Part shown: positions 1 through 9,785 of the stretch, piece after piece
Layout: each line of letters begins with the position of its first letter
Numbering within the stretch: position 1 is the stretch's first letter
Source: Coprobacillaceae bacterium
GTDB lineage: Bacteria > Bacillota_I > Bacilli_A > Erysipelotrichales > Coprobacillaceae
NCBI GenBank assembly: GCA_963675515.1
Contig: OY776328.1
Location: forward strand, 2,820,001-2,852,000
DNA length: 32,000 bases
Reading direction: 5' to 3'
The notes under the pieces: model-generated
Databases searched by the model: none
What the model saw: the letters and a program-made list of their open reading frames with translations, nothing else
What the model was told of the DNA's origin: nothing
Translations under genes and position numbers: made by a program

Positions 1-1
1 T

Positions 2-397
2 GTCATCATCCTGGGGCCTACCCGCAATAGCACACAAGTGGAATTGTCACTGACTGACGCGCGCGGTATTGGGATCATCGCTCCAATCAGGGAATCAGGA
101 GACATCAGCGGAACTCCAGGTTGCAAACTGATAGGGCCGGCTGGTGAAGTTGAAATCAGCGAAGGTGTCATCGCTGCCAAACGTCACATTCACATGACCC
201 CGGAAGATGCGGAGGCATTTGGAGTGAACGACAAGCAGACAGTCCAAGTCGAGGTAAACAACGAAGGCCGCTCTATCGTATTTGGAGATGTGGTGATCCG
301 CGTCAGCGACAAATTCGCAACATTCATGCATATCGATACCGACGAATGCAACGCCGCAGGCGGTGTGCTCACTTCATCAGGTACCATTATAAAATAG
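2..397 (+). CDS. pduL: Phosphate propanoyltransferase / phosphate acyltransferase PduL, C-terminal portion (5' end outside window)
   Basis: The frame is open from the window edge (VIILGPTRNSTQVELSLTDARGIGI...). It has PduL-type motifs (GPxRxxTQVExSxTDA, AKRHIHMTPEDAEAFGV, RVSDKFATFMHIDTDE). The TAG stop at 395-397 is followed by an intrinsic terminator. Confidence 0.85.
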   Translation, partial: VIILGPTRNSTQVELSLTDARGIGIIAPIRESGDISGTPGCKLIGPAGEVEISEGVIAAKRHIHMTPEDAEAFGVNDKQTVQVEVNNEGRSIVFGDVVIRVSDKFATFMHIDTDECNAAGGVLTSSGTIIK

Positions 398-405
398 TCG
401 CCACA

Positions 406-431
406 AGCAGGAAATAATCCTGCTTTTTTTT
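406..431 (+). terminator. Rho-independent terminator after pduL
   Basis: 7-bp stem AGCAGGA (406-412) / TCCTGCT (418-424), 5-nt loop, then a T8 run. Confidence 0.8.
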
Positions 432-456
432 GCGCCCATTTTTTATGATGAGATAT

Positions 457-482
457 AAAAAAATAGCTAGCAAAGCTAGCTA
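457..482 (-). terminator. Rho-independent terminator after hup
   Basis: 8-bp stem TAGCTAGC (464-471) / GCTAGCTA (475-482) with a 3-nt loop. On the minus strand it is followed by a T7 run (A-run 457-463 on plus). Confidence 0.8.
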
Positions 483-488
483 CATATC

Positions 489-764
489 TTATTTGTTTAA
501 TGCGTCTTTGAATGTAGAACTTGCTTTGAATCCAGGAGCTTTGCTTGCCGCGATTTGGATGACTTCCTTGGTTCTAGGATTGTGACCTTGACGTGCAGCT
601 CTTTCACGAACTTCAAATGTTCCAAATCCTTTGATTGCAACTTTGTTGCCGGCAACTAATTCATCAGATACAACACCTACAAAAGCATTCAACATTTTTT
701 CTACTTCAGTTTTTGGTAAATCTGTTGCAGCAGCGATTGCTCCAATTAATTCAGTTTTATTCAT
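489..764 (-). CDS. hup: HU family DNA-binding protein
   Basis: The 91-aa ORF MNKTELIGAIAA...GFGTFEVRERAARQGHNPRTKEVIQIAASKAPGFKA carries the classic HU/IHF arm motif. SD GGAGA lies 7 nt upstream. Confidence 0.96.
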   Translation of the reverse strand: MNKTELIGAIAAATDLPKTEVEKMLNAFVGVVSDELVAGNKVAIKGFGTFEVRERAARQGHNPRTKEVIQIAASKAPGFKASSTFKDALNK

Positions 765-800
765 TTTCTATCTCCATTTCATTATAAAGTTTACCACTAC

Positions 801-829
801 ATTATATCCCTAATCAGGCCATTTTGCAA
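801..829 (-). promoter_or_regulatory. Sigma-70-type promoter of hup
   Basis: Minus strand: TTGCAA (829-824), 17-nt spacer, TATAAT (806-801), about 35 nt upstream of the hup ATG. Confidence 0.65.
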
Positions 830-869
830 CATAATAAGCAAGCATCGCCTGGCTTCAAAGAGGAATTAT

Positions 870-1883
870 TCACGAATTCACATATTTGATAAAGCGATTG
901 ACGATATCGAAAGTGGTCGCGTATGAAGTCACGATCCGCGCCACGAGGTAATCATCATGTTTTTCAAAACACCCGATCTCGAATTCCTCATTGATGTAGT
1001 CAAATTCAACCTGACTCATTTTGAAGAACAGCTGGTTTGAGAAAGTTTCAAGATGCTGCTGGTAACCTTTCCTGACCATCGCATCCTTGATCATCGTAGC
1101 CATCGCATTTTCATGGCGTCCGATTGAAAGATAGAGTTCGTTTGAGAAAAGTTCCAGGAACTGGACTCCAAGAATCCGTCCCTTGGCCATCAGCGCGCCC
1201 CCTTGCTTGATCACATAACGGAAATCGGCCTGCAGTTGCTCATTGAGGATGACCAGGCATTCCCCAAAAAGCAATCCCGCCTTGGTTCCCCCAAAATAAA
1301 AGGCGTCGCAATTTGAAGCGATTGTTTGCAGGCTCGCCGCTCCATTGATTGCCAGGGCGCTGACAAGCCGGGCCCCGTCAATGTAGAAAAAAAGATTATG
1401 GGTTTTACAGAAGCTGTAAAGTTCCTTTATTTCATCGTCGCTGTAGCAAGTGCCATATTCGGTCGTCTGGGAAATGTAGACCATCTTCGGTTGGACCATA
1501 TGTTCATCTGTGTGGGTAGCCAGCACCTGAGCGATCAGATCGCAGGTCAGTTTCCCCTGTTCATTCTTTACTGTAATAATCTTATGGCCCGTGGCCTCGA
1601 TTGCGCCCGCCTCGTGGACAGCCACATGGCTGGAATCACAAGCTACAACCCCCTGAAAAACCCTCAAAACGCCTTTGATGAAGGTGGCGTTGGTCTGGGT
1701 TCCCCCGGCAAAAAAATGGATGTCCGCCTTTTCGTTGCCCATCAGAGTCCTGAGCTTATCGGCCGCTTTCAAGCAGAAGGGGTCAAGTCCATAGCCGGCT
1801 GTTTCCAGCTCGTTGGTGTCCATCAGCGCCTGCAAGATGCGCGGATGACATCCGGTCGAATAATCATTAAAAAATGTAGCCAT
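870..1883 (-). CDS. Threonine aldolase-like PLP-dependent lyase (beta-eliminating lyase family)
   Basis: The 337-aa ORF MATFFNDYSTGCHPRILQAL...FFAGGTQTNATFIKG...GGTKAG resembles low-specificity L-threonine aldolases. SD AAAGGGG lies inside the end of the upstream gene. Confidence 0.8.
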   Translation of the reverse strand: MATFFNDYSTGCHPRILQALMDTNELETAGYGLDPFCLKAADKLRTLMGNEKADIHFFAGGTQTNATFIKGVLRVFQGVVACDSSHVAVHEAGAIEATGHKIITVKNEQGKLTCDLIAQVLATHTDEHMVQPKMVYISQTTEYGTCYSDDEIKELYSFCKTHNLFFYIDGARLVSALAINGAASLQTIASNCDAFYFGGTKAGLLFGECLVILNEQLQADFRYVIKQGGALMAKGRILGVQFLELFSNELYLSIGRHENAMATMIKDAMVRKGYQQHLETFSNQLFFKMSQVEFDYINEEFEIGCFEKHDDYLVARIVTSYATTFDIVNRFIKYVNS

Positions 1884-1884
1884 A

Positions 1885-2718
1885 TTACCCCTTTCTAGGA
1901 TACAAGATCCCGTACCGGAAATAGACCAAGTCCAAAAAAGTCTTAATCACGGTTGTTTCATTGGTGGAAGATTCGAAGATATCGTTTATTATCCCATCAA
2001 CAATAAAAGCGTCATCCACCTTTTCGATGACTTTGGCATCCTTGTTCATTGTCACCAGGATGACTTTGGAATGACGGGTCTTGATCGCATCGACCAGCGA
2101 GAACATCTGTAGGTCTCGCGCCCTTGATGAAAGCACAATCGCCAGCGAGTCCTTGTCGAGCAGTTCGATACGCTGGGCATCGTCGCCGCGGTCGGCAAAG
2201 GCGTAGGCGAGCTTGCCAAGTTTCAGAAGCTTGATTTGGAAATCCGAAGCCACTATCTTGTTGAACTGAAATCCAAAGAAATGGATCTTTTTTGCATCAT
2301 GGAGTATCTGGCAGAACCGATCGACATTCTCGATTGACAGACTCTCTTTGGCCATCTGCAGCGACTTGATCGAGGTATCGAAAATCATGTCGATGCAGCT
2401 TTGGGGATTGGAATATGCCTCCACCAGGGAACTGCCCGACAACTTGATCTCGTTGCGCGCCATGTAAAGAGATTCGCTGACTTCGTTCTTGAATTCGGCG
2501 AAATTGGCAAATTTGAGATGGCGGCAAAACCGGGAAATGGTAGCCGGCGAGGTATAACACATCTTGGCCAGGTCGAGAATATTGATGGTTGGAATCTCGT
2601 CAATATGGGTCAATATGTTATAACAGATGGTATAAAACATTTCTTCGGAACTCGAGGTATTCAGGAAAGTCACCAAGTTGTAAAGAATGTCTTTTTCATA
2701 ATAATTATTAGTTTCCAT
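1885..2718 (-). CDS. MurR/RpiR family transcriptional regulator (HTH_6 + SIS domain)
   Basis: The N-terminal HTH segment LDLAKMCYTSPATISRFCRHLKFANFAEFK is typical of the RpiR family. The C-terminal half is SIS-like (KIHFFGFQFNK...AIVLSSRARD). Confidence 0.85.
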   Translation of the reverse strand: METNNYYEKDILYNLVTFLNTSSSEEMFYTICYNILTHIDEIPTINILDLAKMCYTSPATISRFCRHLKFANFAEFKNEVSESLYMARNEIKLSGSSLVEAYSNPQSCIDMIFDTSIKSLQMAKESLSIENVDRFCQILHDAKKIHFFGFQFNKIVASDFQIKLLKLGKLAYAFADRGDDAQRIELLDKDSLAIVLSSRARDLQMFSLVDAIKTRHSKVILVTMNKDAKVIEKVDDAFIVDGIINDIFESSTNETTVIKTFLDLVYFRYGILYPRKG

Positions 2719-2785
2719 ACATTACTCCTTGCCAATATTATAATACAAATATCAAACACATACAAAGAAAACTGTCAACCAGAAT

Positions 2786-2813
2786 GAAAAAGCACCCTTC
2801 CGGGTGCCTTTTC
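2786..2813 (-). terminator. Rho-independent terminator after the GH1 gene
   Basis: Stem GCACCC (2792-2797) / GGGTGC (2802-2807), loop TTCC, flanked by A- and T-runs. On the minus strand it reads AAAAGGCACCCGGAAGGGTGCTTTTT. Confidence 0.8.
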
Positions 2814-2824
2814 AGGTTCATATA

Positions 2825-4297
<1,473 letters not shown>

Positions 4298-4343
4298 TTA
4301 CCATATCATCGGAGGAGATCAGCTTTTTTTAACATATTTGAAA

Positions 4344-5240
4344 CTACAATTTTTCGATAAACGCCTTGAGCGTTTCGTGGTACTCGTCTGTTTCCTTCAA
4401 ATCATACAGATAGTGCTCGTCTTTCAATACGAACAGGGCCTTGTGGCCGCGGTTGGCATTGTACAGAGGATAGACATGATCAAGTGGCACGAATTCGTCA
4501 TGACGGGCATGGAAATAAAGGGTCGGAACGTCATTATGTTTGACCAGGTCAACAGTCGATTCATTGATTTCGACATTGGCTACCCGCTTTATTTTTTTGG
4601 CGACAATCTGATAGACCGGGAAAACCGGCAAACGGTAATCGTTCAAAATCCGATGCTTGAGCAGATCGCTAAACGAAGTGTATGCCCCATCGGAAATCAC
4701 TGCCTTGATGTTTTTCAACCGGTGGAGGCTGACCGTGTTCAGGATTGTGTTGGCGCCCATTTCCTTGCCATAGAGGATCAGCTGATGGTCCTGACCGTAG
4801 CGCTCGAGCACAAAACGGTTCCAAGCCATCAGATCGTAGACATCGCGGATTCCAAACCCGCGGATATAGCCATCGGAAATGCCATGGGCCGAGGCGTCAA
4901 TCAGCAAGATATTGGCTCCGGGGATTTTCTTTTGGAAAAAGTCGATGTAAAGGACCATGTCGCTGGAATCAAGCGCCAATGGATGGAGAATGACCAGCGT
5001 CATTTTGTTCTCCGGGTTCTCAATAAGAATTCCGCGTTGCTTGATATTCATGTCATTGGCCATCGTAACAATCTCACCATGATATTTTTCCAGCAGCATT
5101 GAATGGTCGACATCATCTTTTTGATAACGGTAAATCAAAGACTTGGCGATTTGGTTGCCTGTCGTATACAAAGCGGTGAAACTCGCCCCGGCAAGTGCGG
5201 TTGCCGTCCCGGTAACTTTCAGTATTGTGCTTGGTTTCAT
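4344..5240 (-). CDS. Membrane-anchored alpha/beta-hydrolase-fold protein (COG1073-like) with a non-canonical nucleophile elbow (GKEMG)
   Basis: The 298-aa ORF has an N-terminal hydrophobic anchor (TGTATALAGASFTALY) and an alpha/beta fold pattern (VILHPLA..., LILYGKEMGANT, ISDGAY, KDEHY). Its ATG overlaps the stop of the upstream ORF (TAATG). Confidence 0.75.
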   Translation of the reverse strand: MKPSTILKVTGTATALAGASFTALYTTGNQIAKSLIYRYQKDDVDHSMLLEKYHGEIVTMANDMNIKQRGILIENPENKMTLVILHPLALDSSDMVLYIDFFQKKIPGANILLIDASAHGISDGYIRGFGIRDVYDLMAWNRFVLERYGQDHQLILYGKEMGANTILNTVSLHRLKNIKAVISDGAYTSFSDLLKHRILNDYRLPVFPVYQIVAKKIKRVANVEINESTVDLVKHNDVPTLYFHARHDEFVPLDHVYPLYNANRGHKALFVLKDEHYLYDLKETDEYHETLKAFIEKL

Positions 5241-6433
5241 TAGTCATACCCCCCGAAATTTTCCATTAAAATCCGATTAATATTAGTAACCTGTTCAAAC
5301 GATGGCAAATAGTACCTTGGATGCTCCATTCTTGCGGCATAGAAGCGAATAGCCTTGATCAGTGCCCTCTTGATTCGCTGCTTGTAGATATCCGGGAAAG
5401 TTGATATCGGGAAAGCCGCGAAGACAAAAGTGTTGTAGTCGACAGAGAAATAGTCAATGATGAAATCATAACCTTGGATTTCGATTATGGCATTGCCGAT
5501 ATCCAATATCAGCTCATGATTCACAAAAGAAAGAAAGTCATGAACGATCATCCGGACCACTTCGATTGTAGTAACCCGCAACAAATCCTCATCCTGTTCA
5601 TAGATGCTCTTCAAGTAATCGATCACAAAATTGTGGCTGTTCTCCCTATGGGTGCGCTCTACAAGGTATTCGATCATGTCAGCCACAGGTGCCAGCGACC
5701 GGACAAAGTTGATGTCGATTTTCACCAGAATAAGCAGTGCGAAACGCCGAACTTGCACGAGGTTGAAGACGATCTCATAGAAATCAAGAAGCTGTTTTGA
5801 GTCGAACTGGTCGAGCAACGAAAGACACTCGATCAGGATATTGGTGAAGAATTTCAAATGATACTGGTACTCGGTATCGAGATACTTGCTTGTCGAACCG
5901 TCCCATTCATATTCATATGATATCTTGTCAAGAATCAAAGCTATCGAATCAATCAGCTTGCTGTAGCTTTTGGTCGCGATCAGCCTTTTGATGTAAGGAA
6001 TATAGATATCGTAAAACTCGCTGATGGTCGCGTCATTGGTCCCTTTGTGGAATTCCAGATAATCAAGAATGTTGCGATAGTCGATTGGAGCCAGCATGGA
6101 TATCGATTCGGAATTGCGAATGAAATGTTCGAAAATATCGGTGTGCAGCATCGACTGGTAAGAAGAAAGTGTCGCAATCTTTTCAAGGGCATCCTTGATC
6201 ATGTATTGCTGCTCACGTTGATTCAAAGAAAGCGAAAAGGTCGGGATGATCTCATCGTTGCTAAAGGCAATCGTCAAGAAAACCGAGATTTCGCGTAATT
6301 GACTGTCATATATGTAATATTGGAATTTATGTTCGTTAGGTTTAGTTTGAACACTGGAATGGCAGCGGTATTTGCCGACATAGGTGCTTTGATTTTTCTC
6401 CAGATATTCATTAATAAGTTTCAGTTTTGACAT
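5240..6433 (-). CDS. Hypothetical protein, 397 aa, no recognisable domain
   Basis: This is a long uninterrupted ORF. I prefer the start MSKLKLINEY at 6433 because AGAGGTGA lies 3-4 nt upstream and the longer ORF-track start sits inside a -10 element. I recognised no motifs. Confidence 0.7.
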   Translation of the reverse strand: MSKLKLINEYLEKNQSTYVGKYRCHSSVQTKPNEHKFQYYIYDSQLREISVFLTIAFSNDEIIPTFSLSLNQREQQYMIKDALEKIATLSSYQSMLHTDIFEHFIRNSESISMLAPIDYRNILDYLEFHKGTNDATISEFYDIYIPYIKRLIATKSYSKLIDSIALILDKISYEYEWDGSTSKYLDTEYQYHLKFFTNILIECLSLLDQFDSKQLLDFYEIVFNLVQVRRFALLILVKIDINFVRSLAPVADMIEYLVERTHRENSHNFVIDYLKSIYEQDEDLLRVTTIEVVRMIVHDFLSFVNHELILDIGNAIIEIQGYDFIIDYFSVDYNTFVFAAFPISTFPDIYKQRIKRALIKAIRFYAARMEHPRYYLPSFEQVTNINRILMENFGGYD

Positions 6434-6450
6434 CCTATCACCTCTAACCC

Positions 6451-6459
6451 ATTGTAGCA
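6451..6459 (-). promoter_or_regulatory. Candidate extended -10 promoter for the hypothetical/hydrolase pair
   Basis: The minus strand reads TGCTACAAT (TGn + TACAAT). The -35 region is poor (TGGTTT). Confidence 0.4.
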
Positions 6460-6541
6460 TTTTTGCAGTTCAAAAACCATTAATTTATTTCAACCAAAAT
6501 TAAATGCTCCCGCCTCGCCAATTGAGGCGATGGGAAGCATC

Positions 6542-7420
6542 TTACTTGTTTCCTTTTCGAAATTCGAATTCGGTCACGATATTGAGATCGAACCCGCTGG
6601 CAAATTCCAGCATTTGCTCATAAATGCCGTGGTTGAGTTCCGCGGGCGAATGGGCATCGATACCAAGGATAATATCGTTGCCGACTTCTCCGGCAATTTC
6701 AAAGAAATGGCTTGAAGGGTAGGGATACTCGTAACCACCGGGAACTTCCCTTCTGCCACGACGGATTCCGCCGCCATTGATCTCCAAGGGGATATTGAGT
6801 TCCTTGGCCTTGTTGCAGATATCATATGTTATTTCCCGGGCAACATCATCGAACACGACTTTACCGATCATGAAAAGATCCGGATGGGCAAGATATGAGA
6901 ACAGATTGGTTTCGAGTGCCTTGATCACATCGTCACGGTAGCTGTAAAGATCATGGTCGGTAACTTTTTCCTTGCCATAATAACAGCTGGTCGAATTATA
7001 ACAATTGAAATGGTTACCTAGAATCAGGTAATCCACATCGCCGTCAAGGAGCTGCTGATAGTATTCGAGATACCCCTCGAAATACTCGGCTTCATAGCCC
7101 TGATAGATTTCAATCTGATGGGCATGATCATTTTTGAGTCGGCTTACATGTTCCTGGTGGACTGTCCTGCTCGCAAAATCCATGCGCATGGCCGGTCCAT
7201 TGGAGATGAAGTTGGAAGCCAGGGTCTTGATACCGACCGGACTGAACGCCACCGAATGGAATCCCTTCAACAGGAAGCGGCGATAATCAGGCAACGGGAT
7301 ATGGTCGGAAAATCCCAGTTTGGATATATTGGCTTCGATTGCCGCCTGGACAATTTCCTGTTCGTTGCCGATGGCATGTCCGCAGCGGAATGTATGGGTA
7401 TGAAAGTTGGTTTTAATCAT
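6542..7420 (-). CDS. PHP-family histidinol-phosphatase-like phosphoesterase
   Basis: MIKTNFHTHTFRCGHA is the PHP metal-binding N-terminus. The protein also has GFSDHIPL, YLILGNHF, AHPDLF and LGIDAHSP. The start at 7420 is chosen for AGGAGG 6 nt upstream. It overlaps the truA stop by 8 nt. Confidence 0.85.
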   Translation of the reverse strand: MIKTNFHTHTFRCGHAIGNEQEIVQAAIEANISKLGFSDHIPLPDYRRFLLKGFHSVAFSPVGIKTLASNFISNGPAMRMDFASRTVHQEHVSRLKNDHAHQIEIYQGYEAEYFEGYLEYYQQLLDGDVDYLILGNHFNCYNSTSCYYGKEKVTDHDLYSYRDDVIKALETNLFSYLAHPDLFMIGKVVFDDVAREITYDICNKAKELNIPLEINGGGIRRGRREVPGGYEYPYPSSHFFEIAGEVGNDIILGIDAHSPAELNHGIYEQMLEFASGFDLNIVTEFEFRKGNK

Positions 7421-8141
7421 ATCGGACCTCCTGTAAATATAAGCCCTGGGGCTTTGCCTTATGCAGGCACCGGATTTCTCCCTTGCTTTCAAGCATCTGT
7501 TCAAGCCTGGCGATTGGCATCCGCCCCTGTCCTACCTGGATCAATGCGCCCACAAGATGACGGACCATATAACGCCTGAAGCCGTTGCCAAGGACCCGGA
7601 AACAGACGATGCCATCAATCTGGGTGATCGCAAACTCGTAAATAGTCCGGGTGGTCGTCCCGAGCTGATCAAGGGCACAGTATGACGCGAAATCATGTTC
7701 GCCCACAAAGATATCGGCCCCATCTTGCATCGCTTTGAGATCAAGGGGCTTGTTTAGCTGGTAGATATAGTTGGTCTTGAAAGGATCATAATCGTCGACA
7801 TTGACATAATAGCGGTATTCTTTGCTTTTGGCGCTGTATCTGGAATGGAAATCATCGTCGACTTGCTCCACCTGCTTGACATACACATCATTTGGCAAAA
7901 AATGATTGATTGCCTGATGCCATCTGTTCTCGCTCAACTCTTTGGATGAGTCGAAATGAAAAACCTGATTGCAGCCATGCACCTTGCCATCGGTCCTTCC
8001 CGATCCATGAATCGCGACTGGCTCCTGGCAGATGTTTTTGAGCGCTGCCTGGATTTCACCCTGGATGGTCCGCTGGTTGTTCTGGATCTGCCACCCCTTG
8101 AATTTTGATCCGTCATAGCTGACGGTACATTTAAAACGCAT
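7413..8141 (-). CDS. truA: tRNA pseudouridine(38-40) synthase TruA
   Basis: MRFKCTVSYDGSKFKGWQIQ...GSGRTDGKVHG contains the catalytic Asp motif. The ATG overlaps the ecfT stop (TAATG). The position after ecfT is conserved in Firmicutes. Confidence 0.93.
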   Translation of the reverse strand: MRFKCTVSYDGSKFKGWQIQNNQRTIQGEIQAALKNICQEPVAIHGSGRTDGKVHGCNQVFHFDSSKELSENRWHQAINHFLPNDVYVKQVEQVDDDFHSRYSAKSKEYRYYVNVDDYDPFKTNYIYQLNKPLDLKAMQDGADIFVGEHDFASYCALDQLGTTTRTIYEFAITQIDGIVCFRVLGNGFRRYMVRHLVGALIQVGQGRMPIARLEQMLESKGEIRCLHKAKPQGLYLQEVRYD

Positions 8142-8941
8142 TATAACACCACACTTAACATTATTATTCCAATCAAAACAAAAATACACAAAGTCAAAGC
8201 GATGCTGTCCTTGAAATTCCATGACAGCAGTTTGTAACGAGTCCTTTTGGCAACCGGATTGTAGTTGCGCGACTCCATCGCATTGGCCAGATCCTCCGCC
8301 CTCAAAACCGAAGATATGAACAACGGTATAATCAGCGAAACCATCGATGTAACCCGGGTGACAAACGAACCCTCATTGAAATCGACACCGCGGCTGGCCT
8401 GGGCCTTGGTTATCCGCTTAGTCTCATCGATCAAATCGGGAATGAACCGCAATGCGATTGATATCATCATCGCCAGCTCATGAGAAGGGAAATTGAACCT
8501 CTTTAGCGGTTCAAGCAGCTTTTCAATTCCCAGCGTCAGATCCAACGGCTTGGTGGTCGAGGTCAGGATTGTCGAGATGGTGATGATCAAAAACAGCCTG
8601 ATGATGATATAGGCTGTCTGGAACAGCGCCCCCTGGTAAATCTTGAGAAATCCGAAACTGTAAAGCAGCGGACCGGTCCTGATAAGAAAGACGTTGAACA
8701 ACGAAATGATGATCATCATCACAAGCATCGGTTTGAGTGCCTTGAAGATGTCCTTGATCCGCGTCTTCGACATGATGACAACGAAAATCAGAAATACTGT
8801 CAAGACCCCGTATCCCAGAAAACCGGCATCGAAGAAAACGGCAATCAGCAGGATGAACAAGGCCATTATCTTGGCCCGGGGATCGAGATGATGAATGAGT
8901 GAATCGCCTGGTATGTAGCGTCCAAAAGTAAGATTATCCAT
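8141..8941 (-). CDS. ecfT: ECF transporter transmembrane component EcfT
   Basis: The 266-aa polytopic protein begins GRYIPGDSLIHHLDPRAK and has ASRGVDF and ARxR-type coupling helices (ALRFIPDL, MESRNY). Synteny is ecfA1-ecfA2-ecfT. Confidence 0.93.
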   Translation of the reverse strand: MDNLTFGRYIPGDSLIHHLDPRAKIMALFILLIAVFFDAGFLGYGVLTVFLIFVVIMSKTRIKDIFKALKPMLVMMIIISLFNVFLIRTGPLLYSFGFLKIYQGALFQTAYIIIRLFLIITISTILTSTTKPLDLTLGIEKLLEPLKRFNFPSHELAMMISIALRFIPDLIDETKRITKAQASRGVDFNEGSFVTRVTSMVSLIIPLFISSVLRAEDLANAMESRNYNPVAKRTRYKLLSWNFKDSIALTLCIFVLIGIIMLSVVL

Positions 8942-9785
8942 TTATCTGCTCCTTTAGCGCCCTGATCAGCTCATCGCTGGTCTTGATCGCCCCGTCAAGA
9001 TGGTAACCGCAACTGTTTATATCGTAAATGAATTTTGATATGATCGGCAATTCGATATTCATGTTATTGATATACTGATGGTCATTGAACAACTCATTGA
9101 CGGCGCAGTTGCGCGCAATCCTTCCTTCATTCATGACAACTACCTGGTCGCAATACTCCAATACATGATCCATATTGTGGGTGACAAGGATGATGGTCAC
9201 ACCTTGCTTGTTCAATCTGGCAAATAGCTGCATCATCTCGATGGCGCCCTGGGGATCGAGTCCCGCAGTCGGTTCGTCGAGAACAAGGATTTCCGGTTCC
9301 AAAGCCAATATCCCGGCGATGGCCACCCGGCGTTTCTGTCCTCCGGAAAGGTCGAAAGGGGAACGGCTCAGGAAACTTTCATCCAGGCCCACCTCATTGA
9401 TGACCTTGATTGCGATGCGTTTGGCATCCTCATCGGATACACCGAAGTTCTTCGGACCAAAGCAGATATCCCTCTCCACCGTCTCTTCGAAAAGCTGATA
9501 TTCCGGAAATTGGAAGACCATGCCGACCTTCTTGCGCAGCGGCTTGAGCGGCATCTTCGGCTTTTCACTCGTTATGACAAAATCATCGATGGTGATTGTC
9601 CCTGAATAGGGTAGCAGCAAGGCATTAAGATGCTGGATCAGAGTCGATTTTCCACTTCCGGTGTGTCCGACAATCGCGGTCACTTTCTCCTTCATGATTT
9701 CCAGATTGACATCCTTTAGTGCCTGAAATTCAAATGGAGTATTCAGGCCGTATATATGGTTTACTTTTTCAAATTTAATTGACAT
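8934..9785 (-). CDS. ecfA2: ECF transporter ATPase EcfA2
   Basis: Walker A GHTGSGKST, signature LSGGQKRRVAIA, Walker B ILVLDEPTAGLD. It is the second ATPase of the ecf module. Confidence 0.93.
   Translation of the reverse strand: MSIKFEKVNHIYGLNTPFEFQALKDVNLEIMKEKVTAIVGHTGSGKSTLIQHLNALLLPYSGTITIDDFVITSEKPKMPLKPLRKKVGMVFQFPEYQLFEETVERDICFGPKNFGVSDEDAKRIAIKVINEVGLDESFLSRSPFDLSGGQKRRVAIAGILALEPEILVLDEPTAGLDPQGAIEMMQLFARLNKQGVTIILVTHNMDHVLEYCDQVVVMNEGRIARNCAVNELFNDHQYINNMNIELPIISKFIYDINSCGYHLDGAIKTSDELIRALKEQING

Noticed and set aside
6434-6460. Longer N-terminal extensions given by the ORF track (also 7421-7504, 8142-8222, 10592-10609, 19240-19293, 25626-25673, 31288-31326)
   Set aside because: In each case an internal ATG is preceded by a good SD at proper spacing and matches the conserved family N-terminus or a signal peptide. 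The longer start lacks an SD and overlaps the upstream gene or a promoter.
6508-6535. Hairpin CGCCTC/GAGGCG downstream of the PHP phosphatase gene
   Set aside because: On the minus strand it is followed by GGAGCATTTAATTTT rather than an immediate T-run, so an intrinsic terminator cannot be supported with confidence.
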